Below, piece by piece: positions 14,534-28,582 of a DNA stretch of 64,000 nt. The notes below the pieces were generated by a model. The model ran no database searches and was not told the DNA's origin. It saw only the letters and a program-made list of their open reading frames with translations. How positions within the stretch are numbered: the first letter of the stretch is position 1; each line of letters opens with the position of its first letter. Both the position numbers and the translations under genes were made by a program. The DNA is from Octopus vulgaris (lineage: Eukaryota): NCBI GenBank assembly GCA_951406725.2, contig OX597830.1, forward strand, positions 65,162,001 through 65,226,000. Reading direction: 5' to 3'.

Positions 14534-14910
14534 TATACAGGTATATAATATATATATATATAAATATTTTTTCAGTAATTTCAGCTCAGAGCTGCGGCCA
14601 TGCTGATGCACCGCCGTTTAAAAAACAGCTCTCTAAAGGAGACTATGGCAGCAGTACTGAATATTAATAGTTATCGCCAAGCTAATATGGCAGCGCAGAA
14701 AAATAGGACGAATGCTGCCGTTGATTAGCTCCAAGAGGCCATCGCCTCCAGCTTGCTATGTGACACACAAACCTGTGTCCATTATAACCTTCGAACAAGG
14801 AAGGTCAGCAGCTTCCCTTTGCTAGCCTGGCAACCACAGGCTGGTTTCGAGGTGTTTGCCTCTTATTAATGTGGAGTAGCCGAACCCAGCATATATATAT
14901 TTGTATGTAT

Positions 14911-15320
14911 ACTCTTTTACTCTTTTACTTGTTTGTCATTTGACTGCGGCCATGCTGGAGCACCGCCTTTGGTCGAGCAAATCGACCCCGGGACTTATTC
15001 TTTGTAAGCCCAGTACTTATTCTATCGGTCTCTTTTGCCGAACCGCTAAGAGACGGGGACGTAAACACACCAGCATCGGTTGTCAAGCAATGCTAGGTAG
15101 ACAAACACAAACGCACACACACACAAACACACACACACACACATATATATGTATATATATATATATACGACAGGCTTCTTTCAGTTTCCGTCTACGAAAT
15201 CCACTCACAAGGCATTGGTCGGCCCGGGGCTATAGCAGAAGACACTTGCCCAAGATGCCACGCAGTGGGACTGAACCCGGAACCATGTGGTTGGTTAGCA
15301 AGCTACTTACCACACAGCCA
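14911..15320 (-). mobile_element. SINE family B
   Basis: gtcatttgactgcggccatgctggagcaccgcc...gactgaacccggaaccatgtgg. Confidence 0.92.
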
Positions 15321-15581
15321 AAATTGTTCGGTGCTGTTCGTCGTACAACATTAGTCATTTATATAACTGTCATCATCGTTGGCCATAACTGAGAATAACT
15401 GACCTCTAAGATACATTTATATTCCTCAACTGTGTCACCAGCAGCAGCACCACTACCACTATCAGCAGCATCAGTACAAGCAGCAGCAGCACCGCTGTCA
15501 CCAACACCACCACCACCACAACCATTGCTATACCAATGTCATCAACAAGCCCAAGTTGACAACATCGTTACCGTTACTAAT

Positions 15582-15967
15582 GGAGGCGCAATGGCCCAGT
15601 GGTTAGGGCAGCGGACTCGCGGTCATAGGATCGCGGTTTCGATTCCCAGACCGGGCGTTGTGAGTGTTTATTGAGCGAAAGCACCTAAAGCTCCACGAGG
15701 CTCCGGCAGGGGATGGTGGTGATCCCTGCTGTACTCTTTCACCACAACTTTCTCTCACTCTTACTTCCTGTTTCTGTTGTACCTGTATTTCAAAGGGCCG
15801 GCCTTGTCACTCTCTGTGTCACGCTGGATATCCCCGAGAACTACGTTAAGGGTACACGTGTCTGTGGAGTGCTCAGCCACTTACACGTTAATTTCACGAG
15901 CAGGCTGTTCCGTTGGTTCGGATCAACCGGAACCCTCATCGTCGTAACCGACGGAGTGCTTCCTTCC
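15582..15967 (+). mobile_element. SINE family A (tRNA-Arg-like head)
   Basis: A box tggcccagtgg, B box ggtttcgattcc; 12-bp TSD accgttactaat at 15570-15581 and 15968-15979. Confidence 0.95.
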
Positions 15968-16882
15968 ACCGTTACTAATATCGCTTAAAACTGGAATATT
16001 TTCTTAGCTTTTTCCTTGTTGCGTCTCCTTCCAATCACCATTCTGTCTTCGTCTTTGATGCTGTTGCTATCGCTGTTATTGATCGTTGTTGTTGCTGTGG
16101 TTTTGCTTTTGTTGTTGTTAAGTTGTTGTTGTTCTTCTTCTTCTGCTCCTGCTCCTCCTCCTCTTACATCTTACATATCACCATCATGATGACGATAACC
16201 ACCAACACTACCACCATCACCACCAAAACCATCACCACCATCACCACCATCACTTCAACCGCTCTCTCTATCAAAACCATAGTCATCATCTATTCTCCTT
16301 CCTCGTCATCATCATCATTGTCAACACTGCTTTCCCACTTCCCTACTGTTACCTTTCCTTCCTTCCTTCCTTCCTTCCTTCCTTCCTTCCTTCCCTTCCT
16401 TCCTTCCTTCTTTCCTTCCTTCCTTCCTTCTTCGACCGTCTTCCATCATGTTTCACGTAGTCATTCAGTTCTTCACGTCTCATCCACTTCCCCACGCTCG
16501 CACTTCCATGCCCTTGCTCCACCACCACCACTACGATCACCACGACCACGACCACGACGACCACTACCACCACCACCACCACTACTACCATCACCACAGC
16601 CTCCACCACTCAACTTGTCTTTAACTCAGTCACGCCACAGCATCTTAAATAGACCAGACCACACTCCATCAACGGTCACGTAATTGTATGTTTGTGTGAA
16701 AACACGAAACTAATCTCTTAATAGGAGAGTGTAGAGGAGAGAGAAGAGTAGCGAAGAGCAAAGGGAGGGAGGAGAAGGAGTAAAGAGAAAGAGCGAGTGA
16801 AGGTATGGACCTCCGTTCTTTAATTTAATCACTTTCAATTACGTTATGCTGTATCGTATGCTATATATATATATATATATAT

Positions 16883-16918
<36 letters not shown>

Positions 16919-16975
16919 AGTAGATAGAAAGATAGATATTTATACACACACACATATATATATATATATATACAC

Positions 16976-17082
<107 letters not shown>

Positions 17083-17278
17083 TATGTATATATATATATA
17101 CATATATATGTATGTGTATATATATATGTATATATCTATGTATATATATGTATATATATGTGTATATATTTATGTATATATATATATATATATATATACA
17201 TAAATATATACACATATATATATATACATATATATATACATAGATATATACATATATATATACACATACATATATATA

Positions 17279-17676
17279 GGTGTGTGTGGCTGTGTGGTAA
17301 GTAGTTTGCTTACCAGCCTCATGGTTCCGGGTTCAGTCCCACTGCGTAGCACCTTGGGCAAGTGTCTTCTACTATAGCCTCGGGCCGACCAAAGCCTTGT
17401 GAGTGGATTTGGTAGACGGAAACTGGAAGAAGCCCGTCGTATATATGTATGTATATGTATAAGTGTGCGTGTAGGTTTGTGTGTCTGTGTTTGTCCCTCT
17501 AGCATTGCTTGACAACCGATGCTGGTGTGTTTATGTCCCCGTCACTTAGCGGTTCGGCAAAAGAGACCGATAGAATAAGTACTGGGCTTACAAAGAATAA
17601 GTCCCGGGGTCGAGTTGCTCGACGAAAGGCGGTGCTCCAGCATGGCCGCAGTCAAATGACTGAAACAAGTAAAAGA
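17279..17676 (+). mobile_element. SINE family B
   Basis: gtggctgtgtggtaag...ccttgggcaagtgtctt...gactgaaacaagtaaaag. Confidence 0.92.
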
Positions 17677-17799
17677 AATATATATATATATATTATACTT
17701 CTTTGATTCGCTACAATCCTACGGCTACGGTCATGCTGGAGCATAATTTTGTAATTTTTGCACATGTTTATTGTTTGGTTAATTTCCTGAGGGTGGTTA

Positions 17800-18000
17800 G
17801 ATTACATATCACCACTCGTGCATGTGCATTTACCCCGTGTTGTTGGCCTGTTTGGTGCTTCGGGTAGTTTGACACGGCTGCCATATTCTATACTTCATAC
17901 GGGGACTTTGGTTCGCCTGGTATCGTTTATATGAGATTAGGATATTATCCAGTTCCTTTTTGAAAGTATCCAAAGCTAGCAGACCGAAATTTCGAAGTCA
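17800..18000 (-). mobile_element. CR1/L2-like LINE 3' end remnant
   Basis: Minus strand reads DTFKKELDNIL followed (shifted frame) by IPGEP, like the CR1-type FKxxLDxxLxxIPDxP terminus. Confidence 0.5.
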
Positions 18001-18401
18001 CTGTCAACTTCATTTTGTAAAATTTATATGTACTCTATATTCTATATAATTCAATACAATCATTAAAGATTAATGAATACATTAATATTTGTAGTACAGC
18101 AGAATATTAAATTAAACATATAGACATCATGCGCTTTTCACAATGAGAAAGTGTTACATTTACAATGACGTGTAAATCTAAAGGTCAAATATAAATTTCC
18201 CACAGTCATGTCTAACTCAATTATAAGTGTCATCTCTTCGACGAAAAAGTAGCAATGCTGTCATTATTGCTTCGTCTTCAGGATAAAACTGCGAAGGTGC
18301 TGAAGACCATCGTCCAAACGAAGTTGGCCAAAGTTATGAACTAAGATATTTCATAAAGACTACAACGCATTTATGTATTCGATATGTGTGCATGTGTGCG
18401 C

Positions 18402-18491
<90 letters not shown>

Positions 18492-18518
18492 ATTTGTGTG
18501 CATATGAATGCATTTATA

Positions 18519-19755
18519 TACAGAGTAAGATATTTCAGGACAGATTTATGTTTAGAAAAATAACAGATATATAATAAAAGATAACTTTATTTATCAAAAC
18601 ATGTTATGAGGATAAAAATAAACCTTTTCTATTAATGTTATTCAATAAAAACCCCTTCAGTTTGAACAGCTGCTTCTATATGAGATCAAAATCATCCACA
18701 TGCTCAAATCAAGTGGTCCTGGTTCATTTTGGACATTGCTCTGACTATGGCAGAATCTTTGGTGTGTTCATTGACCTCTCTCTCAACAATGCTCCACGTG
18801 TAATAGTCCAATGGATTGAGATGTGGGGAATTAGGAGGCCAAATGTTAGGGGTTATGTGATCATGAAAATTTTCATCCATTCTTGTGTTACTAGAGCCAT
18901 GTGTGAAAGTGCAGAGTCTTATTGAAACACATATGGCCTTCCATTGCATACACTGTCTATCCAGGGCTTAACAATTATATCCAGGACCTCAATGTAGGCG
19001 GCAGAGTTAACTCTAAGGCCTTGTGGAAAGAAGTAAGGAGGCATCACATGTTGTCCTTCATTGCTGGCAACCCCTAAAACCATGACAGTTGCAGGAAACT
19101 TTCTATGTATACTACTTGGAACTTCAGAAAGGTCTGCGCATAACCATCTGTCATTTCTTCTATTAACTTTTTGATCTTGGTTGAAGTTTTTCTCGTTTGA
19201 GAAAAACCAAATCAAATCTTCTGCTGGATTTTTCAGTTTGTTTAAGAGCCTTTTAGATCTGATGTAGTGATTTTCTTTTGCTTTTTCTGACAAATTGACC
19301 TTTCCTCATCATATAAGACTTATATCTGATGTCTTCGTGGACAACATTTCTGACTGTTCCTTCTGACACATGGAGATCTTTTGCAATGAACCTCATGGAC
19401 TTTCTGGGATTGTAATCAATGGTCTGTTGAACTAGGTGGATAAATTCTGGTGTTCTGATGATTTCAAAACGTTTAGAATGTTTTTATGCCTTGATACTGG
19501 TGATACATTTCCCACTTCAGTCTCTAACTCCTTACTTTGTAGACGAAAGTCATGGAAACTATTAAAAATCAAGATATTTCTAAATCACTATTTTTAGTCT
19601 ATATAACCAGAATAACAGCTTACTTCTTCATTTCTTGAGCAAGCTGAGATTCTGCCATTACCATTTTCTGAAACAAAGATTATACAGAGTTAGCAAAAAC
19701 TGCAACAATGACCCTAAAACGGTACGTTCTCAAAAAATACCTTACGCACCTTGCA
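18519..19755 (-). mobile_element. Decayed Tc1/mariner transposon, DD37D (maT)-like transposase pseudogene
   Basis: ORFs 18919-19293 (FFSNEKNF, VMVLGVAS, YVFQ) and 18704-18949 (WPPNSPHLNPLDYYTWS); stops and frameshifts; TIRs only degenerate so ends approximate. Confidence 0.85.
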
Positions 19756-19802
19756 TATCGTATACACCTTGCATATACCGAGAGATAGACACAGAGAGAG
19801 AA

Positions 19803-19871
<69 letters not shown>

Positions 19872-20446
19872 GGAATGGATATAATTATGGATATATAAAT
19901 AAGCATTTATGCACACATACACATATAGGTACTTATATATCAGTATATGTGTGTGTACATACATACACATATAAACATATGCACACTATTGTGTAGCTAT
20001 GCATATGTGTGCACGTGAGTGTATAACTATATGTATTTATGTGTATGTGTCACGCCAACAAAAATACGCTTCAAAAAAGTTTTCGTTAAGGGGTCTTTAC
20101 TCCCATAAATACTCCTAATTTAGCGAAAAGCGGGCAGTGAGATTAGGTTGTAAACAAGGCTTGTCCCTTGGCCTTTGACTTACGGCAGTGGACCATATTC
20201 TTGGAATAACTTTGTCCTAGAATTTAATGGTTGCAGCACTGATTGAATTTGTCCATTATTCGTGAATGATAGAATGCCAATGGCTTGGTTCGGTTGCTTT
20301 CAGCCTCATAAACGCTATTTTATAATTCGATGCGAAATATATTTTGAAATGATACATTTAAATGATTCTCCTTCGTTAACGGAATTATAGAAAGACAGGG
20401 GGGGTGTTGGCGAAGCGATGGTACATAATGTAGTCTGTCTTGCTAC

Positions 20447-20532
<86 letters not shown>

Positions 20533-20822
20533 GTCTGTCTATCTATCTACCTACCTACCTACCTACCTACCTACCTACCTATCTACCCATCTATCTGTCT
20601 GTCTATCTATTTATATAATATAATTATATCACTATCAATACAACTGTATACACTCATATATATCATGCATAACAAATTATATATACGTATGTATATATAT
20701 AGATATATATATATGCATACACACATCGGTTCATATAAATAGATATATGTATACGTACGTGTGCGTGTGTGCGTATGTACATAAGGATGTCTGTGTATGT
20801 GTGTGTATATGTATACGTATGC

Positions 20823-20854
<32 letters not shown>

Positions 20855-20883
20855 GTATATATGTATATGAATATATATATATC

Positions 20884-20930
<47 letters not shown>

Positions 20931-21073
20931 ATAAATAGTTAGATAGATAGATAGATTGATAGATAAATAACTTGATAGATATATATACATACATGCATAC
21001 ATATACATACATCTCTCTCTATATATATATGTATATGTGTGTGTATATGTATATGTATATATATATATGTATG

Positions 21074-21167
<94 letters not shown>

Positions 21168-21375
21168 ATTATGTATGTATACATCAATGTGATCTGTATG
21201 TGTATCAATTTTTATGGGTTACGATATTATTTATGCTATATTCTGTTATTAGCATTCCACAAAATAAGTGGTCAAATCATGCACCGATGTCAAAGTGACC
21301 GATTAAAAGCTCTTGAATAGGTTGCCCCAGTTTAGCCTCAGTCCCATGACTTATAACAGGAAAACAAGAACTGGT

Positions 21376-21523
21376 CTACGTATGTATATATCTATGTGTA
21401 TATATATATATATATATTATTTATATACAGTATATTTATGTTATATATATATATATGCATATATATATATATTATATTAAATTAGAGATAAAGAGTAAGA
21501 ACTGTTCTACGTATGTATATATC

Positions 21524-21568
<45 letters not shown>

Positions 21569-21604
21569 TATTTATATACAGTATATTTATGTTATATATA
21601 TATA

Positions 21605-21620
<16 letters not shown>
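21376..21620. repeat. ~130-bp tandem duplication within TA-rich DNA
   Basis: tctacgtatgtatatatctatg...tatttatatacagtatatttatgttata occurs from 21376 and 21506. Confidence 0.75.
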
Positions 21621-21661
<41 letters not shown>

Positions 21662-22256
21662 TTACAAATGTATTTATATGTGTGTTTGTGTGTGGGGGTA
21701 TGTGAATTCATCCAAATCAATATTTTGCTTACGCCCAGTTCCGTAATAATTATCCGGTCCTGAAAGAGATAATGATGGTGATGATGATGAACGAGAGAAA
21801 GGAAAAGTCCCGGGTGGAATGAATGATGGAAATAGAGGCGGAAAACGCAAACGAAATCAAAGAAAAAAACTATAAAAGAAAACATAATGGATCGGAGAGG
21901 TTGTTAAAGGCTGGTAACTCACGGTGTGAGGAGGAGTAAATGCCGCAAAGATGAGAATGTAAGAATGTAGGGTTTCCAGGAAGGACGAATCTTAATGAGC
22001 GGGGGTTCGAAGGGTGAGATAAATGATACAAAACTATGAATAAGCAGAGGAATAAAAGTACATGATATAGACTGTTATTTGGCTATCGATCGATTGTTTC
22101 CAGAATCTTGGTTTATTGATTATTTCCGGAAAGGACATTGCCTGCTTCCCTCAAATCATGGCGGAAAATATCGTCTGCTCCTCAGAAATCATTACTGAGC
22201 GGTGCGTCTCTCTCTATGTATTATGTGTATGTGTAAGTTTGTCTGTAAGAGAAAAG

Positions 22257-22289
<33 letters not shown>

Positions 22290-22290
22290 T

Positions 22291-22321
<31 letters not shown>

Positions 22322-22503
22322 AATGTGCGGTGGGGCGAAACCTTATTTATCGAATCTATGAGAATGGGAATAAAATTTAATTCTTTGAAATAACAGAATA
22401 CATTAAAAATTCCTCTGAACATCCAAACCATTTAGATATCGTCTGCTCTTTACTCAATTCATTATCTTAGTTTTATCAGATTAATAACGACGATGATGAC
22501 GAC

Positions 22504-22558
<55 letters not shown>

Positions 22559-22579
22559 TTGATGATGATTTTAAATTTT

Positions 22580-22758
22580 TGCACAAGGCCAGCAATTTCG
22601 ACAACAACGTCCTCACCGTTCAACTGGCATTTATTTTATCGGCCCCGAAATGATGAGAGTCAAAAGCAATCTCTGCGATATTTGACCTCAGAACATTAAG
22701 ACGGAAGCAATGCGCGAAGCATTTTACCAGGCATGCAAGATACTGCTAGTTAGCGGCC

Positions 22759-22760
<2 letters not shown>
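22580..22760 (-). mobile_element. Diverged SINE family C
   Basis: ttttatcggccccgaaatgatg...tttgacctcagaac...ctagttagcggcctt. Confidence 0.65.
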
Positions 22761-22819
<59 letters not shown>

Positions 22820-22859
22820 TGATGATGATGATACAACGCACATCTTAAGGAACGTATTA

Positions 22860-23310
22860 CCTATGTGACGTCCTTCTTGTGACTTGACAGATGGCTAAAG
22901 ACTCCGGTACATTTTCACCAACACTGCGTTACGAAAGAATAATAATAAAAGATGGCCAGAATTGTGTTCCTCCTTTGGAGCAACACTACTGGACACGGTG
23001 CGTTGTTCGATCCCGGTGTTTCTCCAAATTGATCCGCTACTTCTCTACTTTGTGAGGATAGAGTTCGAGTCCTATGGAAATGGGGGTTAGAATGTCGCAG
23101 TAAAGAATCGCAAGACAGATTCTTCAATCTGTAGGAGACCTACGAGTAGATCAAGAATGAGATGGCTGAATAATATCAATAGTCTCCACTTCCTCACGTT
23201 TCGGAATCCTGCCGGAAAGTTCATTCTGACTGGAACCTTTGGATGGGGTGCTTTGACGATTCCAGCCTCGCGACTCTCTTAGGAACAGGAAGAAGCAAAC
23301 TTGGATGGTT
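22860..23310 (+). mobile_element. Degenerate RTE (Rex3/Expander-like) LINE 3' fragment
   Basis: DRVR remnant, GRPTSRSRMRWLNNI (GRPRxRW-like), tail cctcgcgac...ggaagaagc. Confidence 0.55.
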
Positions 23311-23354
23311 TGAAGAATAATAATACCAACGATAATTCTTTCTTTCTTTTCTTT

Positions 23355-23763
23355 TCTTTTACTTGTTTCTTTTACTTGTTTCAGTCATTTGACTGCGGCC
23401 ATGCTGGAGCACCGCCTTTAGTCGAGCAACTCGACCCCGGGACTTACTCTTTTTAAGCCCAGTACTTATTCTATCGGTCTCTTTTACCAAACCGCTAGGT
23501 GACGGGGACGTAAACACACCAGCATCGGCTGTCAAGCAATGCTAGGGGGACAAACACAGACATACACACACACACATATATATGTATATACATATATACG
23601 ACAGACTTCCTTCAGTTTCCGTCTACCAAATCCACTCACAAGGCATTGGTCGGCCCGAGGCTATAGCAGAAGACACTTGCCCAAGATGCCACGCAGTGGC
23701 ACCGAACCCGGAACCATGTGGTTGGTTAGCAAGCTTCTCACCACACAGCCACTCCTGCGCCTA
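23355..23763 (-). mobile_element. SINE family B
   Basis: Full-length family match. Confidence 0.92.
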
Positions 23764-24164
23764 AGTGTACGGAATTGAAAGTTTTTTTAAATCGCACACT
23801 CACACACACACATACACAGAGAAAGACAAAGACATACAACTAACAGACTCTCGAAATATGCTAAGACCTCGTTATAGGAATCTTTCATTGGCGGTGATCC
23901 AGTATGGAGAAGATCAGAAAGAGCACCGATTTGAAATAACAAAAGGATAAAGAATGAAAATTAAATTACGGCTTAGATAAACTACGAGTTTGTTTAACCT
24001 TTGAAGTGTTATTAGTTTGGTCAGACTTGACTTGAGAGCCTATGTTTAAAGGTGAAGTGTTTATATGTATATATGTTTGTGTGCAGATATACATGTGCGT
24101 GTTTATACACACACAAACGTGTGTGTATGTATTTATAGCATATACATATATATATATATATATA

Positions 24165-24268
24165 TTCGAAACGTTAAACCCTCCTTCTTTCCTGAGCATT
24201 CAATAATACTATACTTGTTCCACGTCCTCGCGTTGTTGTGTTTTCTCTTTGTGTTTTCATGTTTGGAT

Positions 24269-24272
<4 letters not shown>
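24165..24272 (+). mobile_element. Penelope-like terminal fragment in (TA)n, truncated within hammerhead-like motif
   Basis: Reverse-complement homologue of 54704-54822; begins ttcgaaacgttaaacc. Confidence 0.6.
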
Positions 24273-24327
<55 letters not shown>

Positions 24328-24633
24328 ATATATTTATATATATATGGTTATTTAATATACATATATATATATTTATGTTTTGTTGCCAGCTCCAGACGAG
24401 GGTGTTGTGTGATTTTTTGTTGAAGACTATCCTATGGGAGGAAGTAACAAACAATTATTCACAATAGGTATAACTGAACATATGGTGTTGGTGGTGTTGG
24501 TGGTGGGAGCGATGTTAATGGTGGGCGGGGCTGGCTTCAACTTCTTCAGTTGTATCTATGATCCTGCATAAGGATTCCCCATACATATATATATATACAT
24601 ATATATATGTAGGTGTATATGTGTATGTATATA

Positions 24634-24706
<73 letters not shown>

Positions 24707-25974
24707 CAGGGGTTGGACAAAATAATGAAAACACCTAGCAACATAGCATCATCATTTTGGAATATCTATAAAACCGTCAAAAGCTTGTTTATTTTTATGT
24801 TTTTTTTAATTTATTATTAGTGCTGCTTAACACGTTATACTAAAATTGCCGTTTCTTTTCAGATATCATCAGAGAAAGGTTATTAAAATTCATTAAAATA
24901 ACAGATCTATCGGACTTTCAAAGAGGTTAAATTGTTGGTGCAGGCGCTAGCGTAACGAAAACAGCCGCCGACATGTTTGGTGTATCAAGAAGTACTGTCT
25001 CGAAAGTAATGTCAGCTTTTTTGAAAGGGGGAAATAACCTCCTCGTCGAAACAAAACTCCGGAAGAAAACCAAAACTTTCAGATGGGGACCGTCGGAATT
25101 TTACACGAATTGTTGGAAAGAATCACAAAAGTACAGTTCTCAAAATTACTACAGAGCTTAATGACCACCTCGAGAACCCAGTTTCCACAAAAGTTGTTCG
25201 CCGGAAGCTGCACAAAGCCGGTTTTTACTGGATGGCTGCTATCAGAAAACCAATGCTTTCAAAAACAAACGTTGCAATGCGTTTAGTGTGGAGTAAAAAC
25301 CTACAGAATTGGTCCCTAGAGTAGTGGAAAAATGTTATTTTCTCGGACGAGTTATTTTTTACCTTATTTCCGACCATCGGCCGAGTATACGTGTGCAGAC
25401 AGCCAAAAGAAGTATTTGATCCAGACTGCCTTCTTACAACTGATAAACATGGAGGAGGATCTGTGATGATCTGGGTGGGGGGTATGCCTCGAAAATCCGC
25501 CGGCCTAATGGGTTCCCTTCATAGCAGAATAAAATAGTGAAGACTATTTGAGCGTTTTTTCTTATCAAATTCATCCTATTGTTGCAGAACTGTTTCCGGG
25601 GGGAAACGCAATCTTTCAGAGTGATGATGCACCAATTCACACAGCTAAATTTGTTACTGAATAGCACGAGGATCATTCTAGTGAAGTTGAACATCTTATC
25701 TAGCCACCACCGTCCCCAGATCTCAATATTATTGAACATTATATGTTGTATTGTAGCAAAAGAAGTAAGGAGTCGATATCCTTCACCATCGTAACTACAA
25801 GAACTGAAGACCATTTTAACTGAAGAATGGACAAAAATTCCTTTGGAAACAATTTAAATTTGTAGGAGTCCATACCTCGTAGAATTCAAGCTATAATTAC
25901 TGCGAGTGGAGATCCTACTCATTAAAATAAATTTGTTTGAAATTTTAAGGTGTTTCCATCATTTTGTCCTACCC

Positions 25975-25977
<3 letters not shown>
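24707..25977 (+). mobile_element. Tc1-like (DD34E) transposon, full-length but inactivated
   Basis: TIRs caggggttggacaaaataatgaaaacacct / aggtgtttccatcattttgtcctacccctg, TA on both sides; HTH FGVSRSTVSKV, VIFSDE, GGSVMIW, SPDLNIIE remnants with frameshifts. Confidence 0.93.
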
Positions 25978-26027
<50 letters not shown>

Positions 26028-26086
26028 CATACATACATAAATATACATACACATACATATACATGCATACATGCATAAATACATAC

Positions 26087-26122
<36 letters not shown>

Positions 26123-26134
26123 GTATATATATAC

Positions 26135-26199
<65 letters not shown>

Positions 26200-26909
26200 A
26201 TGATCGATATAATTACATATTGATGTATTTATAAATAACTAAAATAATTGCTCTAAAAAATATGTTTTGTAATTTGTTCACAATCAGAAGGCTGTGCCTT
26301 TGATCTTTGACATGACCTTTAAAACTGGTGAGGGATAAAAAGAGGGGAGGGGTAAAAATATGAACTCTGAGTTTTTTTCTTTCTTTCTTTTTTTTTCTTG
26401 GCTATCGGAAACAACAATACATCAATGTATCAAATTATTTTCAGATCGAACACCAGACGTAGATGTTTGCAACCGAGTGTTCTGTCTTAAAAGTACCCAT
26501 GAACTAAATGGCAAAAGCTAAATTGGGTAACAAGTTAAATCTATTCAACTTCACTAACATGGCGTTGGTTGAGCTCGAAACTATAAAAAACAAAAATAAG
26601 AGGTCTGATGCTACAAAAATCAAAACCACAACATAAATCAATTCGCCATTTAATCTTCTTCAAAAGTGTCGCTTTCTGAAGATGTCACACACCAAATTCA
26701 GCATCGTTTCCTTTGATGTAACCAACTCCCTTCTTCCTCGTCCCCTCTTCCTTTGCCTTTCATCCATTCAGGGTCGATAAAATAAATAACCAATTGAACA
26801 CTGGCATCGAGGTAATCGACTCATCCCCCATTCCCAAAAGCCGCTGCCCTTGGGACAATATTTGAAACCATCATCATCATCATCATCATCATCATTATTA
26901 TTATTATTA

Positions 26910-27105
26910 GGGTGCCGAGCTGGCAGAAACGTTAGTATGCCGGGCGAAATGCTTAGCGGTATTTCCTCTGTCTTCTGAGTTCAAATTCCGCCGAGTCGAC
27001 TTTGCTTTTCATCCTTTGGTTGTCGATAAATTAAGTACCAGTTGCCTACTCGGGTCGATCTAATCGACTGGTCCCTCCCTCAAAATTTCGGGCCTGGAGT
27101 AGAAA
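26910..27105 (+). mobile_element. SINE family C monomer
   Basis: gagctggcagaaacgttag...gagttcaaattccgccgag...gtcgataaattaagtaccag. Confidence 0.85.
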
Positions 27106-27148
27106 TGATTCTTCTTCGTCGTTCTTCTTCTTCTTCTTCTTCTTCTTC

Positions 27149-27197
<49 letters not shown>

Positions 27198-27222
27198 CAT
27201 TATCATCATTATTATTATTATA

Positions 27223-27290
<68 letters not shown>

Positions 27291-27292
<2 letters not shown>

Positions 27293-27655
27293 GTTTGACT
27301 TTTGCTTTATATTTGTACAAGTTGGCTCCAAGTCTCACCCAGAGACCTCAAGAGGCAACAGGTTGGAAGTTCATATTGTTATGCCTAGTGTGCCTTATAT
27401 TTGGTTTTGCATTTAGTGTTGTACAAGTGAATGCCTAAAAAAAAAAAGAAACGAACGTTACATAGAAAGTATTTTGCGTAGGATATGAGCAGTTCCCATG
27501 AGCACTATCTTTTGAATTTCTGCCATTTTGGGATTTCCTAGTATCTGAGTAAGGTAGCGATCAGCCCCTTTTGCTATCATTCCCAGGGCACCTATGACAA
27601 CAGGTATTGTTTTAGTCTTCAGGTTCCACATTTTGCTGACTTCTATTTCAAGATC

Positions 27656-27659
<4 letters not shown>
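27291..27659 (-). mobile_element. 5'-truncated R4/Dong-like non-LTR retrotransposon inserted in (TAA)n
   Basis: Minus strand KDLEIEVSKMWNLKTKTIPVVIGALGMIAKGADRYLTQILGNPKMAEIQKIVLMGTAHILRKIL (restriction-like endonuclease C-terminus) plus 3'UTR; (TTA)n on both flanks. Confidence 0.85.
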
Positions 27660-27714
<55 letters not shown>

Positions 27715-27824
27715 CATTATCATCCTCTTTGTTTCTTCAGGTACTCCTGCCATGGACGTCCGGCTCGTTCTCCTTGCTCAACCGACGGAGCCTTACTTTA
27801 TTACGTCATTGATAGTCGGTGAAC

Positions 27825-27957
27825 ATGTCCGACCAAACCCGTGCCGTTCTCCTTCTCACCAACACAACCACCACTATCACCATCCTTATCATCATCCTAT
27901 GTGCCTCCAGTATTGCTGAGGTCATCTCACAGGACGACTTCTGTTTCCGAAATTCTT
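27825..27957 (+). CDS. Putative first coding exon of a secreted or membrane protein (signal peptide); exon 27741-27957
   Basis: Acceptor tcctctttgtttcttcag| at 27740, in-frame TAG at 27813, ATG 27825, MSDQTRAVLLLTNTTTTITILIIILCASSIAEVIS-QDDFCFRNS, phase-1 donor T|gtaagt. Confidence 0.7.
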
Positions 27958-28106
27958 GTAAGTTGACCGAATCCGATACATTTTTTAAAAACATTTTTAA
28001 TCTCTCGTCTCTTGAATCACTTTTGTAACTTGAATTCATAGAAAAATTGAAATTATAGAAAATAATGTTTATTTACACCATTGTAATGAGTTCTATTTTT
28101 CCTGTT

Positions 28107-28253
28107 TGTGGTAAGTAGCTTGCTTACGAACCACATAGTTCTGGGTTCAGTCCCACTGCGTGGCACCTTGGGCAAGTGTCTTCTACTATAGCCTCGGGTA
28201 GACCAAAGCCTTGTGAGTGGATTTGGTAGACGGAAACTGAAAGAAGCCCGTCG

Positions 28254-28340
<87 letters not shown>

Positions 28341-28582
28341 GTATCTATGTATGTATGTATATGTTTGCGTGTCTGTGTTTGTCCTCCCAATATCGCATGA
28401 AAACCGATGCTAGTGTGTTTACGTCCCCGTAACTTAGCGGTTCGGCAAAAGAGACCGATAGAATAAGTACTAGGCTTACAAATAATAAGTCCCGGGGTCG
28501 ATTTGTTCGACTAAAGGCGGTGCTCCAGCATGGCCACAGTCAAATGGCTGAAACAAGTGAAAGAGTAAAGAGAAAAGAGAGA
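28107..28582 (+). mobile_element. SINE family B
   Basis: Family match with expanded internal microsatellite. Confidence 0.9.

Noticed and set aside
15582-15655. tRNA-Arg-like gene at the head of family A copies
   Set aside because: No proper acceptor or anticodon stems; part of a TSD-flanked SINE
20053-20412. cgccaaca / tgttggcg inverted ends as a MITE
   Set aside because: Only 8 bp of complementarity and no clear TSD
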